Position numbers and translations under genes: made by a program. Of a stretch of 64,000 nt of DNA, positions 1 to 13,039 are shown one piece after another. The notes under the pieces were generated by a model, which did no database searches, had not been told where the DNA came from, and saw nothing but the letters and a program-made list of their open reading frames with translations. The DNA comes from Octopus vulgaris (lineage: Eukaryota): positions 201,438,001 through 201,502,000 of the forward strand of contig OX597815.1 in assembly GCA_951406725.2 (NCBI GenBank), given 5' to 3'. The first letter of the stretch is position 1. Every line of letters starts with the position of its first letter.

Positions 1-636
1 AATCCTAGGAGAGTAAAAGACACAACATGTCAATCAAAGGAGTTACAGGTACATAAAATAACAAGATAGAATAAAATATTAATACAATAATGCAAGTATA
101 TAAAAACTGACACAGACAGAGTAGAATATAGAAAATGAGGGTATAACATATGTCTGTACACAAAAAAGAGAAATTATACCACTATAAACATAAGAAAACA
201 CTAGTCTCCGGTGTTACATAAGAAATATAAATCTATAAAAAATATCAAAAGAAAGTAATATAAAATATGGGAAAAATATACCTATAACATATACTAATAT
301 ATAACTACATAAATAATAACAGAAAATAAGAGAAACATATCAGAAAAAGTATCTAATTATGAATTGAGATAGCAAATCTTAATATTTATGTCTGAGATTG
401 GAAATATGAGTATATGGGAATTAATAATTATCCACATATAGTATAAATGATCAATTGTTAACTAGCGGCCGGAGGATCGAACAAGGGGCAGATAACATTA
501 GATCACGTATGGTAATATTTCACAAAAAATATGGAACGAGTGTTTAGATTAATTGAAAAATATTGTGCAAGTGTACCATTGCTAAAAATATATTGTATAA
601 AATTTAGATGATAAATTACCACACACACACACACAC

Positions 637-708
<72 letters not shown>

Positions 709-1504
709 CGGTGTGAATAATTCAAGAGAAATATTTGCGAAGATATTGAAATTAATCAAAGGACATACCTAGTTTGTCTACCTGCTGGAAATTAGTCAAG
801 ATTCTTATTTAAATCGCCGAAGAAAATCATTGATAACAACAACAGAAAACGGGTTAAAACAAACTTTCAATATACATTCAAGTATTTTGACTCACGTGGT
901 CCAGTTTCTGGACAGGTATTAACCTCCCTCAGCACGCGTTACCATGATGGAAAGCTACAACTCGTCACTTTGAAATCTGCATTGCAACTCATTTCTTTTG
1001 CATCGAATCATAGCAACCATCAATGTGAACATAATTTCAATACTGGGCAAATAATTCAGGAGAAAATATTTGCAAAGATATTATTGACTCTCTTATTATC
1101 TAGCGTAACAATTAACAATGATAGTAAGAGAATCAATAATATAGTCGATTACAGGCCCCGAAATATGCTCGTGCCGCGTTCGCAAGTAAATCATTGTGTT
1201 TTGTCTTGGAGAAATTTTTTCTTTGTTGAAAAATCGTGTAAATACACCTAAATGCCCCAGCAGCGCCACCCAACCAAACTGAGAGTTGTTAACATTTCGG
1301 AATGGTTATCTCTTGCAGAAACCGAACTGGTACGTTTCAGGTTGACAACACAGACTGTCTCTCTTGTGCTATTCCTGTATTCATACGCCAATCAGCGGTT
1401 CACTTTAAACAAATTACGGAATGGAAATGCTGAACAATGATGTCTGTATAAGTAATGTTATTATTAGTTCAAATATGTTAGTGGTACATTGTCAGTTTTA
1501 TGCT

Positions 1505-1632
1505 CTGAGCACACATTCCAACGAGGTCAACTCTGTGTTTCATCACATACTGACTAGATTAAATAATTATAAGTTGATGACTTGGGTCGATCTAATCGAC
1601 TTACCCTGCCCCCAAAATGTCTGGCTTCGTGC
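1505..1632 (+). mobile_element. SINE family B, old copy
   Basis: attccaacgaggtcaactctgtgtttcatc..gggtcgatctaatcgactta. Confidence 0.55.
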
Positions 1633-2299
1633 AACAATTTGAAAGCAATACAATGAAATACGTGAGTAACATTAATAACAGGTGATGTGATTATTGCTGA
1701 AATAGAAAATATAGATATATCTTCCGTTCTAGTTTGCAATATTCAGAAAATTGCGCGGAATATAGTTATGAGTACTAAATTTTAGTTCGGCATCAACGCA
1801 CACACAGACGCACTCTTTTTCTCTCTCTATCCCTCAGCCTCCTTCCTTCTATCGCCCTCTCTCCCTCTCTCTCTCCCTCTCTATCACACACACACACACA
1901 CACACAAATATACACACATACATCCACATACTCATACACACACATACGTAAATATATATATATATATATATACTCACATATGCTCGACACGTAATAGGAT
2001 ATATCGGCGTTGCTACGCCATTAGTGACTTACATATACACACACACACACATATACAGCCATATGTTATTTTTCACTCCCACACATCACCTATCTCTCCC
2101 TCTCTCTTTTTCTTTCTCTACACATCTGTATATATGTATATGCGTGTGCTCTTGCTTGTGTATGTATAAATAATTCATAGAAGAAAAATGACCTTGAAAT
2201 CAAACATGAGGTTAAACAATTAAGGTTAAAAAAAATGCGTGTTAAACACGGTATCGAAACCTTTAAGTTAAGGGTAAGTGCCTACGAGTATGATAATTC

Positions 2300-2596
2300 T
2301 TTTCTACTCTAAGCACAAGGATGGTGAGGGTGCCTGTCGATTAGATTACTTAATTCATCGATCCAGAAAGGAAGAATGGCAAAGTCGACCTCGGCGGAAT
2401 TTGAACTCAGAAGGTAAATACAGCGGAAATACCTATTTATTTACTACCCACAAGGGGCTAAACACACAGGGGACAAACAAGGACAGACAAATGGATTAAA
2501 TCGATTAATTCGACCTAAGTGCGTAACTGGTACTGATTTAATCGACCCCGAAAGGATGAAAAGCAAAGTCAACCTCGGCGGAATTTGAACTCAGAA

Positions 2597-2597
<1 letters not shown>
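2300..2597 (-). mobile_element. Two adjacent partial SINE family B copies
   Basis: caaagtc(g/a)acctcggcggaatttgaactcagaa occurs at about 2380-2412 and 2564-2596 with different tails. Confidence 0.8.
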
Positions 2598-2640
<43 letters not shown>

Positions 2641-2644
<4 letters not shown>

Positions 2645-2804
2645 GCTCAGCGTGGCAGTGTGGTCGGAATATTGCTTCCCGAACACACAGTTCCAGGTTC
2701 CGTTCCACTCTATGGCAGCTTGGGCAAGTGTCTTCTGTTATAGCCTCTGGACAACCAAAGCCTTGTGAGCGAATATGATAGACAAAAATCGTAAGAAACC
2801 CGTC

Positions 2805-2850
<46 letters not shown>

Positions 2851-3022
2851 GAGTGTCTGTGAGTATCCACCGACCATCACTTGTCAATCAATGTTGTTGT
2901 ATTTAGGTCCCCGTATAATAGCAGTTCGGCAAAAGTGATTGATAGAGTAAGCTCTGAGTTCGATTTTTTTGCCTAAAGGCGGTGTTCCAGCATAGCCGCA
3001 GTCAGATAACTGAAACACATAA
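2641..3022 (+). mobile_element. SINE family A (tRNA-like head, internal (TA)n), diverged copy
   Basis: Homologous to 43216-43694: gggcaagtgtcttct..gccttgtgag..cccgtcgtatata..ggcggtgttccagcatagccgcagtc. Confidence 0.75.
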
Positions 3023-3310
3023 GTTCCTGATGAACGTACACACACGCACACACACATATGTATTATATATAGAGAGAGAGATGGCCAAAAGTCAATTGTC
3101 AGTAAAACAAAGCCATTTAATTTCAAGACTTCTTTATGTTTAACAACTGAGTGAATTTAATAAAAGCATCTAAATATGAAACATCAAAACAATTGTTCAA
3201 ACTGAATACCTTCTTGAGTGACACATTTTTCTATTCGAGTCAATACAGAATTACAGATAGTATTTAAATAATTTTGATTTATTGTCGGCTGACGTTTGGC
3301 CTACTCCGCA

Positions 3311-3353
<43 letters not shown>

Positions 3354-3357
<4 letters not shown>

Positions 3358-3570
3358 TTTATTTAAAAGAAGCAGAAATATAACAAAAGCTGTTGCTCAG
3401 AGTTTCGCGCTCTCGTTCGTCGGAGAGTCTTGTTTTAAACGTGAAACTCTGAGTAACAGCTTTTGTTCTACTTGTTATATTTCTGCTTCTTTTAAATAAA
3501 GCATATTACTCTACCTCTGGTATTTGAGTAATCTTTTTTACACCTTTTTTCAATTTTATGTGCTTACTCC

Positions 3571-3572
<2 letters not shown>
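3354..3572. mobile_element. Short palindromic Penelope-like terminal repeat between (TA)n tracts, with decayed hammerhead
   Basis: Inverted arms about 3357-3409 and 3440-3501. Minus strand CCGACGA-acg agag cgc-GAAA-ctctgag-CA-acag. Segment 3517-3572 matches the reverse complement of 24866-24922. Confidence 0.55.
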
Positions 3573-3610
<38 letters not shown>

Positions 3611-3613
<3 letters not shown>

Positions 3614-3795
3614 AGAATTCAATACAAAAGAAGACGAAGAATAGTGTAGACAAGAAACAAATGTATTACTATAACGCTCGGGAAGTAAGAAAGTTTTTAA
3701 CATTTCGAGCCTACACTCTTCCACAGAAAGGAACACAGAAAGAAACAAGGTGACAATAAAGAATGTGTAGTGGCTAGCGATCTATCATGGTGAAT
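3611..3795 (-). repeat. Dispersed repeat, probable PLE terminal fragment
   Basis: Aligns with 52591-52785 and abuts (TA)n. Minus strand has a decayed hammerhead-like ctgtgga-a gagt gtag gctc-gaaa-tgt-ta. Confidence 0.5.
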
Positions 3796-4084
3796 ATATA
3801 AATCTTCCGGGTTTGAAACCAGTTCTGTCGCAAGAAGATCTGTTTTTGTCAACTGAAGCAACATTTTGCTCAAGAGTACAACGCGTCAACGTATCCAGGA
3901 GTCTAAACCACAATGTCACTCTCGCGAGTCCGACACCCGGGCTAGTAATTCATTTACCTCTATACAAACACACAAATCTATATATCTATGTGTGTGGGTG
4001 GGTGGGTTGAGATTTTATGTGTCTGTGTCTGTGAAATTATAGTTGTGTATTGGTTTCACATGTTTTATACTGCTTTCACACTGT

Positions 4085-4252
4085 GGCACGAGGCCATCAA
4101 TTTTCGGGGAGGGGATAAGACAGTCACATTAACGCGAGTTATCAACTCGCCCCTGTTTTTATCGACCACGAAAGGAGGAAAGGCAAAGTGTGCCCCGCCG
4201 AAATTTGAACACACATTGTTCGGAAGCAATTAGTCTACCAGCTCACCGCTTA
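4085..4252 (-). mobile_element. SINE family B, old copy
   Basis: tttatcgaccacgaaaggaggaaaggcaaagt..gccgaaatttgaac..ccagctcaccgc. Confidence 0.65.
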
Positions 4253-5099
4253 GATATAATTGAATATTACAACTTCTAACCAACTTTTTTTTTTCTATTA
4301 TGGATTGCTATAGCACTGACACACTACGTATAACGTTGTAAAGCGATAGTCCACTAACCATTCATCTATGAACATAGCAGCCTTGTATCGACACACATGA
4401 ATATTTTTTAATATATTTTCTGAAAATTAGCTTAGTCGTTTGAAAGGACATTTAATTCGACCTCTATTTCTTTATTATTTTTTTTTTCAAATTGATTTGC
4501 TGCTTTGGTGTTTTAATTTATTACTATTTTCGTTTTTGTTTTTGTCGTGTAAATGATGTTTCACTAACTATATTATTACTCAGTTGAGAATTGACTAAAT
4601 GATGTGTATATTTTTTCTTTGATATCTCTATTGTGTGATTACATTTAGAAATGTTGCATTATGTTACATGTGGCATTGATGGAACCGAATGTGGTGTTTG
4701 TCCATGCTATCATTGAATTGTTGCTGTGTGTAGCATATATCCATTTGTGTTTAATGTTTTCTATAGTGTTGTCAGTTCGATTAATAAGGTATTTGTAAAG
4801 CAACTTCCATTTACGAGACAAAGCTTTGGGAATTGGGCAGAATGTTATTTGTTACCTGGTGTTATGACGTAAATGCAGCGTATGCTATGCAGCATGCTTA
4901 GTGCATAGAGAGCAATTTCTACGCTCCAGTTTATCTATTTCCCTTTCATGCACTACCAGCTAATTCCAGTTGTAGTCAATGGAGTGTGCAATGGCTCCAT
5001 AGTCTATGCTCGATATTGGCAAGTATAGACAGCCGAGTTTATTAGAGTAAAAGTAAAGTTATTCGTCGGTTACAATAATGAGTGTTCATATTATTTGAT

Positions 5100-5420
5100 T
5101 AACTGATCTTTATCTTTGCTGATGGTAGTGAATATGGTTGATTATGCTGCATTCACCGATACGTTTAAAATACACGAAGCTCAGTCGACATGGAAAAGCG
5201 TATGGTATGTCTGGCGCTTTAAGAATTCGTTGGATTTTCGCGATATCCATCTGCCTGCCTTCACAAATGTTGTCTGCTTCCACCCAGGTGTATAGCAAAG
5301 ACACCTATGCAAAATGCTGCACAATGGGATCGAATCTGACGAGTCATAATTGTGAAATGAACCCCTTTCTCTCAACTCAGCTTCAGTCATTTAGTGGAAA
5401 AGACACGACACATTAGCTGC
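5100..5420 (-). mobile_element. Possible mariner transposase relic
   Basis: ILHRCL..KAGRWISRKSNEFLKRQ resembles the ARWVPxxL..QK linker motif; weak match. Confidence 0.25.
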
Positions 5421-5550
5421 CGAAATTAAGTGATTTATTGTTGATTTTATATGATAAGGAAGATCATTTAGTGTAAGACATTGTCACCTCTCATCTAACA
5501 CGTCATCAATACTAACACGTTCTATTATCTCTGTATCTATGGATAATTCC

Positions 5551-5822
<272 letters not shown>

Positions 5823-7194
5823 ATGTGGGTGTGTAGACAGATACATACATGTGTGTATATGTTCATCTGTGCATGTACCTCGAGGTGGTTGCGCACGTAT
5901 GTGGGTAGCATATACTGGTGATAACGTACAACTATTAAGTATTTAACAGTCATTCATTGCTAAATTTAAGACTTAAATATTGCTACCCGTTATATTTTCT
6001 TTTTCGAAAGGCATATGACATTGTCAGTCATGTCTAATATGTACACCATGATTAGCTCACAAATTCGTGCAACTAATAAGTATACACATACATTTATTAG
6101 ACGAAATACCCCTGTATATAATTTTTTCAATCTCAAATGAACAACGCAACGCCTTTACATCAAATAAAAACACCGAGACATTTTGTTGTTTTTTATTTAC
6201 TTTTTTAATTGTTGCAAAAGAAGTTCAGTGAGGTAATGCTGAAAAGACCCTGGCTTTGGGTACAAGCAAATGCAGAAGGATATGTTAATTACAATTTTGT
6301 ACGGCACAACCCCCGATCAAATTCACACACTTATTTCAGCGGTCCTTCAGTTTTTCTATGTCCTATAAATGTATTCGGATGCTTGAGCCGCAAACTCGGC
6401 CCTTCGCGATACCATTAAAAACAGAAACATTCCAGTACCACAACCCCCCCCACTAATATTGTACCTATTTGTCGTATAAAACATTTACTTTTCAAATTTA
6501 CTGCTGGCCCCATTTCTAAAATAAATGAGTATAACATTAATGCCACTTGGGTAAATTATATCAGAAATACTTGGAAATTGCTAAATGTAATATTCGGGCG
6601 AATGCATACATTTTCCCCTTTTAACAGAGATTCTGATCCATTCTTCTTTCATGGTTCTAGTGGCGGTTGGAATCCTTGTAACAAAAACACCTGTGTTTCG
6701 GTTGCAGGTGATTAACTGGTCGATCAATGAGTGTCAATCACGTACATCTCAAAACACAAACAAATAGAGCAATTACAAGATAACTCATCCTAAATTCTAA
6801 TAATTTAAAAGATACAATCCCAAATATAACCTCCTTTGACTTCGGCTTATCCTGTTATCTAAAGTATATAGCGTTGATATATTGCTTGATTGCCTACATT
6901 TCATATTTTAGATAATCTATACATTCAATATCTCACTTAATACGTGTATAATCTGTGATTTTACGAGTTTCCCTTTCTCGCTAAGAGTTTAAAATTTAGC
7001 ATGAGGCCAGATTATATTGGTGTTAATTTGCAAAGCTTTAAACTTATCTACTTGTCAATTCATGATTTCAGAAGAAAGGTATATTCGAATATGAACCTTG
7101 TATGGATTTACGGTGCTAATAGGAGTGCCTGTCTTGTTGCAACCATTTGTGCAAAGGCTCCAATATAAGTATAGTTACCTCTATTCGTACAAAG

Positions 7195-7468
7195 TGGAGG
7201 CACATGGCCTAGTGGTTAGCGGTTTCGAATCTCAGAGCGGGCGATGTGTGTGATTATAAGCGAAACTCCTAAGCTCCACGCGGTTCCGGCAAAAGTTAAT
7301 GGTGAACTGCTGCTCACTCTTTCACAACAACTTTCTCTCACTCTTTCCTCCTGCATCTTGCAGCTTACCTGCGACGGACCGGCGTCCCGTCAAGGTGGGG
7401 AACCTATACGTCAAGGAAACCAGGAAACCGGCCCTTATGAGCCAGGCATGGTTCGAGAAGGAACAACA
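7195..7468 (+). mobile_element. SINE family C1 (tRNA-derived head with internal deletion)
   Basis: tggcctagtggttag A box; 5' half shared with 60584-60950; distinct 3' half. Confidence 0.7.
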
Positions 7469-10356
7469 TTTGTACAAAACTTTGAAGCACTTAATTGTAT
7501 GTGATGTGCTTCTTCACAAGCTCAGTTTTTACTATTGAAACTTGACGTGTTGGTTACATCATGTACATATTTGACAATATTTATCCGAAACCATAATTGC
7601 TTTCAAATTCATTCAAATATGCCAAAAAGAAATACACGTATAGGTGTACACCTTATTCCATCCTAGTGTTTAACAATGACTAATAGATAAATATACTTAT
7701 AGATCTGTGTATGCGTGTGTGTGTGTGTGCGTGCGTGAGTGCGTTTGTGTACGCATACGTAAGTGGATATATATATGTGTGTACGTATGCTTGTATATTT
7801 AGATAAGTACTAATCTTCATTTTGCAAATATTCGTATTTGATTAAATAAATATGAAATCGTTGAAGACATTCAACTACAGATATCCAACAACAAATACGC
7901 ACAAACAAAATTACAATGTGGTATTTAACCAACATCGATTTAAACACTCGATCTGTCCCTCTGTTTACCTATTTATCTATTCAACGTTATGTTTATAAAT
8001 TTAATGTGTGTTATAAATTTAATATAATATCAGATATTAATCTTGATTTATGTTGATTGATTTCTCCAGTCACACTTTACATCGTATAGAAAGAGGGTAT
8101 AGAAGCAGTGAAAATTTGATACAGAGGGAAAACTAGCATGCGAGGTGCAGCCTGAGTAGACGTGCTTCGCATGATGGCATGCAATGAGTAAAAGAAAAAA
8201 ACGCTAAACGAAGATACCCGGAGGGAGACACATATCATAGACAGAGAGGAGGAGACCAAAGAGCAAAGAGAGGCGGACAAAAGGCAGCGGTACAGAACAG
8301 TAAAATGTATAAATTATAGTAGAAATAAGTGCTACAAAATATTGAGAAAGTAAACGAATGAAGCGGCTTGATAATCTTCGGGGAGAAGATTATTGGCAGA
8401 AGAGAGAGAGAGAGAGAAAGAGAGAGGGAGAGAGAGAAAGTAGGTAATAGGTTGACAGTGAGAAAGATAAGAAGAGGCTTTCAAATCGAAACGTTTTATA
8501 GAAGAAAGTATATATCTTATTTGAAAATATATTAGCAAAACAATGAGAACGGTGTGATTATGTCAAAAAATATTAACTGATAGATTGAGCTTAGGCATCA
8601 CTCACAAACGTGTATATGATAATATATTGTACTATACCTTTCCCCAATTTTTAAAATCGTTTGTAGGTTTTTTAATCGTCGTAAGAAAAATACACAAACT
8701 TGCAGCACTCCCATACTTGAATCAAGTAAAGAATCGTTGATTTAACAATTAATGAATGAGAGGGCTTGCTATCCATCAGCTCCATATGTACAACTGAAAA
8801 TCGCACACAAACACACACACACACACACTCTCTCTCTCTCTCTCTTTTTCTCTCTCTACTTCACTCTCCCTACTTACTCGTAGTTTATTAATTAGTTAGC
8901 TAGTTAATGAATTAGTGGAAAATTAGTTTATTTGCCTGTTTCGTTTGTAATATCGTTGAATAAAAAAAATGAACCAGTGAAACACTAAAGCTGGGGTTCC
9001 GAATGTATCTATAAAACCCTCTTCTGTAAGTTGATACTTATTTAGTTTGTGAATTAAAAGCATTAATACATAACTTCTATATACATTCAGGAATTACTGA
9101 TGTAGCCAGGGAGCAGCTTTTGATCAAACGTAATTCATGATGCATATCAACTTTATGATTGCAGTAAAAAAAAAAAAAAAAACCTTATACAAACTAATGA
9201 CAGTTCTAAGCAGATCTTTTACCGATATGTTCATAGTTTGCTAGATGTTACAAGTATTTGACCTGGAAGGTATCATCAGAAGAATCGTTGAGATAGAAAT
9301 ATATTCATATATAGACTTGTGCATCTTTTCGGAGCAACTTGAAAAGAATCTGTAGCAGTTAAATTAAAATACGTAAATCTCGTATACTATGTAGTATCAA
9401 ATTTGATATTTCACTATTGTTTTCATGCTTCTTTAGTTTATCAACTAAACTAGTAACTATAATCATTTCAGATGCATGATGATTATTTAGTATTCCTATA
9501 TTAATGATTATATTGTCCAATTTACTTGCCCTATTTTCATTTTGAATGTTTCAATTCCATTTTAGAATTCTTTCTAGTTTTTTTTACACACTAGACACAG
9601 GATTGCTTTTTTTCCTCAATATTCCGTAATTGAGTGTTATACAGTGAGTATGCATACGGAGAGATATGATCTGCAAATCGCTGTACTAAAAGATAAAATC
9701 ATTTTGAAGCCAATTTTATTATAAAAACTACTTTGGATGATGTGGCAATCGTTGTTGATACATCCTAAAATACTTACATGAAACATTCCTCGCTAGAAGA
9801 CTTTTCTAGAATTTTCATGGCAATACATTAACAAGCATTCCTTTTTCACAGTTGATTCAAGCAATGAAAACATGTATAAATCGAAGCATACGCGAATCAA
9901 TGAATATTTGGGGCAGCAATGAATCTAATTTCAGAGAGCATCGTTGTCAAACAGAAAAAATAAATAACAGAATATGCATCCATAATTTTATAGAATAAAA
10001 CGATTCACACGATAAATTTAACTCGCGTATGTCACTGCAAAAAACTAGAAAACAATATTGATATTTCAAAAATCTAAATAGACTGTCGATTCCAATTTCT
10101 GCAAAAACAAATCATGCGACCATTAAATGATTTAATCTTCTATAAATTGAATGTAGAAATGAATAGGAAATAATGAAATTCTGTGCGCACGAATGTTGTG
10201 TATATAACTAAAACTAAATATATGTATATAACCAGATTGCACAGGTATTAAAACACTCATTAATTAATGCCTGTAAATACACGTATGTGTGATGTTATTG
10301 TATTTATTACGCATTTAAGGAAGTGTTCAAGTATCAGTATGCATCTACATGCATAG

Positions 10357-10467
10357 AATCCTGAATGCTTTTTTATAACATATTCAAATGTATATAAACC
10401 TGAATGCTTTTTATAACATATTTAAATGTATATAATCCTGAATGATTTTTTATACCATATTTAGATG
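10357..10467 (+). repeat. Tandem repeat, about 39 bp x 3
   Basis: cctgaatg(c/a)tttttata(a/c)catatt(c/t)a(a/g)atg repeated three times. Confidence 0.85.
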
Positions 10468-10739
10468 CAACAAACTTGCCTTTAGTTAGTATGCTTTAAT
10501 TTGAATGGTAATAAAAGTACGTAAACATATATATATGGGTTTATTAACTGAGTATATGAATGGACTGGGAATAAGTAATATTGCAAAAAAAATATAAGTG
10601 TTGCCTCCACCCCACCCATATCTAACTTATCATCTTCCTCCGCGCTTCTGTCTGTTGTTATCATTCCTCCTGATCTTCCCCTAACTAAGGCGGAGCACTC
10701 TCCTCTCGTTAAGGGTCTGCGCTTCATCACCCACACTCT

Positions 10740-12260
10740 ATCAGTAACGAGTTTCAGACCCGTGCTGCCATTCATAGTTTTGTGCGCCGCTTCAGGCTAC
10801 ATGAATTTTTCCACTTTCATCTAAATTAGAGGATTTCTTCACCGACCTGGGGCGCCGACCATCCCACTGGACGCCAGGTTTGGCCAGTTCTAAGCTGTTG
10901 ATCATTTTGCAAGCATCTGCCAACATTTTGTGGACGGGTTCGAATTTCGCAGTCGTCCCCATGATGTTTCCGACACCGCAAAGATATTATCATAAAAGCG
11001 ACCGACAAGGGTGGAGCTGTAGTTGTGTAGCGCGCAGGCCTTTTCAAGGCAGAAGCTCTCCGCTAACTTCAGGACACCTCCTATTGCCCTCTGCATTTCA
11101 ATCTCACGCCTAACTGCCAAGAGACTGTGTCCTCCATTATTCATCACCTCCTTTCCTCGTCCCCTCACCCTGTCGCCGCCTCCAACCTCTTTGTCCGCAC
11201 CCAAAAGTCCCCACCATTTACTTCCTTACCAAAATTCACAATCCCAACAACCATGGCCGCCCCATTGTCTCCGTTTGCAACCGTCTTGCGGAAATGATCT
11301 CCAAATACCTCAACCATGTCCTTGCTCCCACTAGTGACTTCCCTCCCCTCCGATAACCACGACACTAATCATGTTCTCCGTCTCTTTAACTCTTTCTCCT
11401 TCCCTTCTGGCTCCTCTAAATCCCTGTTCACTCTTGATATCATGACTTTATATACAGTGATACCACACAACGAAGACTTCTTTCTCTGAAACACTTTCTG
11501 CTTCCCAACCTGACACCTTCACACATTTTCGTCTGGCGGAATTTGTTCTGTCCTTCGACGGCTTCTCGTCTGCCGGGGACTTTTACCAACAAACTTCGGA
11601 AGTAGCCACGGGAACGAGAATGGGCCCCAAATACACGAACCTGTTCGTTGGCTACGCTGTGACCCAAATACTCTCACAGTTTACTTGTCTCATTCCCGAA
11701 CTATATGGTCGTTATATCGGCGTCTGTATTGGCGCAACCTCACTCACCCGCGAATAACTCGACTCCTTCGTCTCTTTTATCTAATCCTTCCATCTTGCGC
11801 TGAACTCTCCTACGCTAGATAGTCCTACCAGGTAGGACTACCAATCTGTGTTAAGTAAATCATACCCATTTGACAGAATCACGTGTTAGAATAATTGTTG
11901 CGTATGTTCTACAAACCGACATATTAACTGCAAAAACAAAAACCTATGTATACCAGATGCAGTACCAAGACGGGACTTGCGCGAGTATTCCAGAGTCATA
12001 TATTGGTGCAACTTCTAGGAACATCAATGATAGCTTCAAAGAACACCTGGACAACGACACTGAATTAAACCAAACTATCGTCTACCCTCATGCTGTAGAC
12101 TGCCTCAATGGCTCTTTAAAGAGACTTCAGTTGGACATCTTATCTACACATCCACTGATGCAAGGCTGAGACAAGTTACTGAAGCTGTCTGTATACAGGA
12201 ATACAAACCCATCATCACCCTTAAATCCGATTGGGGTAACACCTAGATTCCACTCGGCAG
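10740..12260 (+). mobile_element. Decayed Penelope-like retroelement (RT plus GIY-YIG endonuclease)
   Basis: Across frames: DIIIKATDKGGAVVV (about 10983), YFLTKIHNPNNHGRP (about 11219), LFTLDIMTLYTVIPH (about 11424), FYQQTSEVATGTRMGPKYTNLFVGY (11581), YGRYIG for decayed RYIDD (about 11704), VYQMQY..C..ESYIGATSRNINDSFKEH in ORF 11870-12169, EAVCIQEYKP (12181). Confidence 0.85.
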
Positions 12261-13039
12261 TACCCATCTATAGTTACCCCTTTCTTTCTTTGACATGTAG
12301 AAAACCATACATACATGTTAAGATGCATTATACTGAAATATATATATATGTAGTTATATGTAATCGTATGAGTGTACATAGATTAATATGAATGTACTTA
12401 TGTTACATACATATAATAGGGATGGTGTAGATGCATATGTATTTTATGGTGTATGTGTATATGTGTGTGTACGTGGGGGTGCGTGTTGTGTAAATATAGG
12501 TGTGTGTATGAGTGTGTACATTCAGACATGTATCAGTATGTGTGTAGATATATGTGCATATTATATATATGTATGCACAAAAAATTTAAGGTGTATGTAT
12601 GTGATTACACGATATTTTATTTTGCAGTATGCTGGAGGCATATTTCGAGAACTCTTAATTCAATTTTAGTTTGAAAGTCCGAAAGCATCAATATGGATGA
12701 CATGAATACACGCATATGGAATATGATCAGAGGAATTGAACTGCCGATACTGCTCGTCAATTCCAATAGTTCACTTTCAAGTATAGGATATTCCATTGGG
12801 ATCTTTAAAATATGCTTTAGTTACTTTTCAGGAAATCCTTTGTGAATGCTTGTGTGTGGTTGATAAGGGTCTCATCACCTGTATGAGCATACTAAAGATG
12901 GGACGAAATAATCTTCGATGATGCAAAGTTTTGTGGACATTTTCAAATCTATGACTGACCAAATTGTCAAGAAGTTCTCTAGTACTGCAAACGAAACTGA
13001 TGTCTGCAAAGCCTATAAGCTTATTTCGCAACTTATACG

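Noticed and set aside
1305-1340. Candidate 11-nt microexon (ctcttgcag|aaaccgaactg|gtacgt)
   Set aside because: Splice-like words are expected by chance in 64 kb; no supporting gene context.
10357-10467. CRISPR-like periodicity
   Set aside because: Contiguous tandem units without unique spacers in a eukaryotic context; an ordinary minisatellite.
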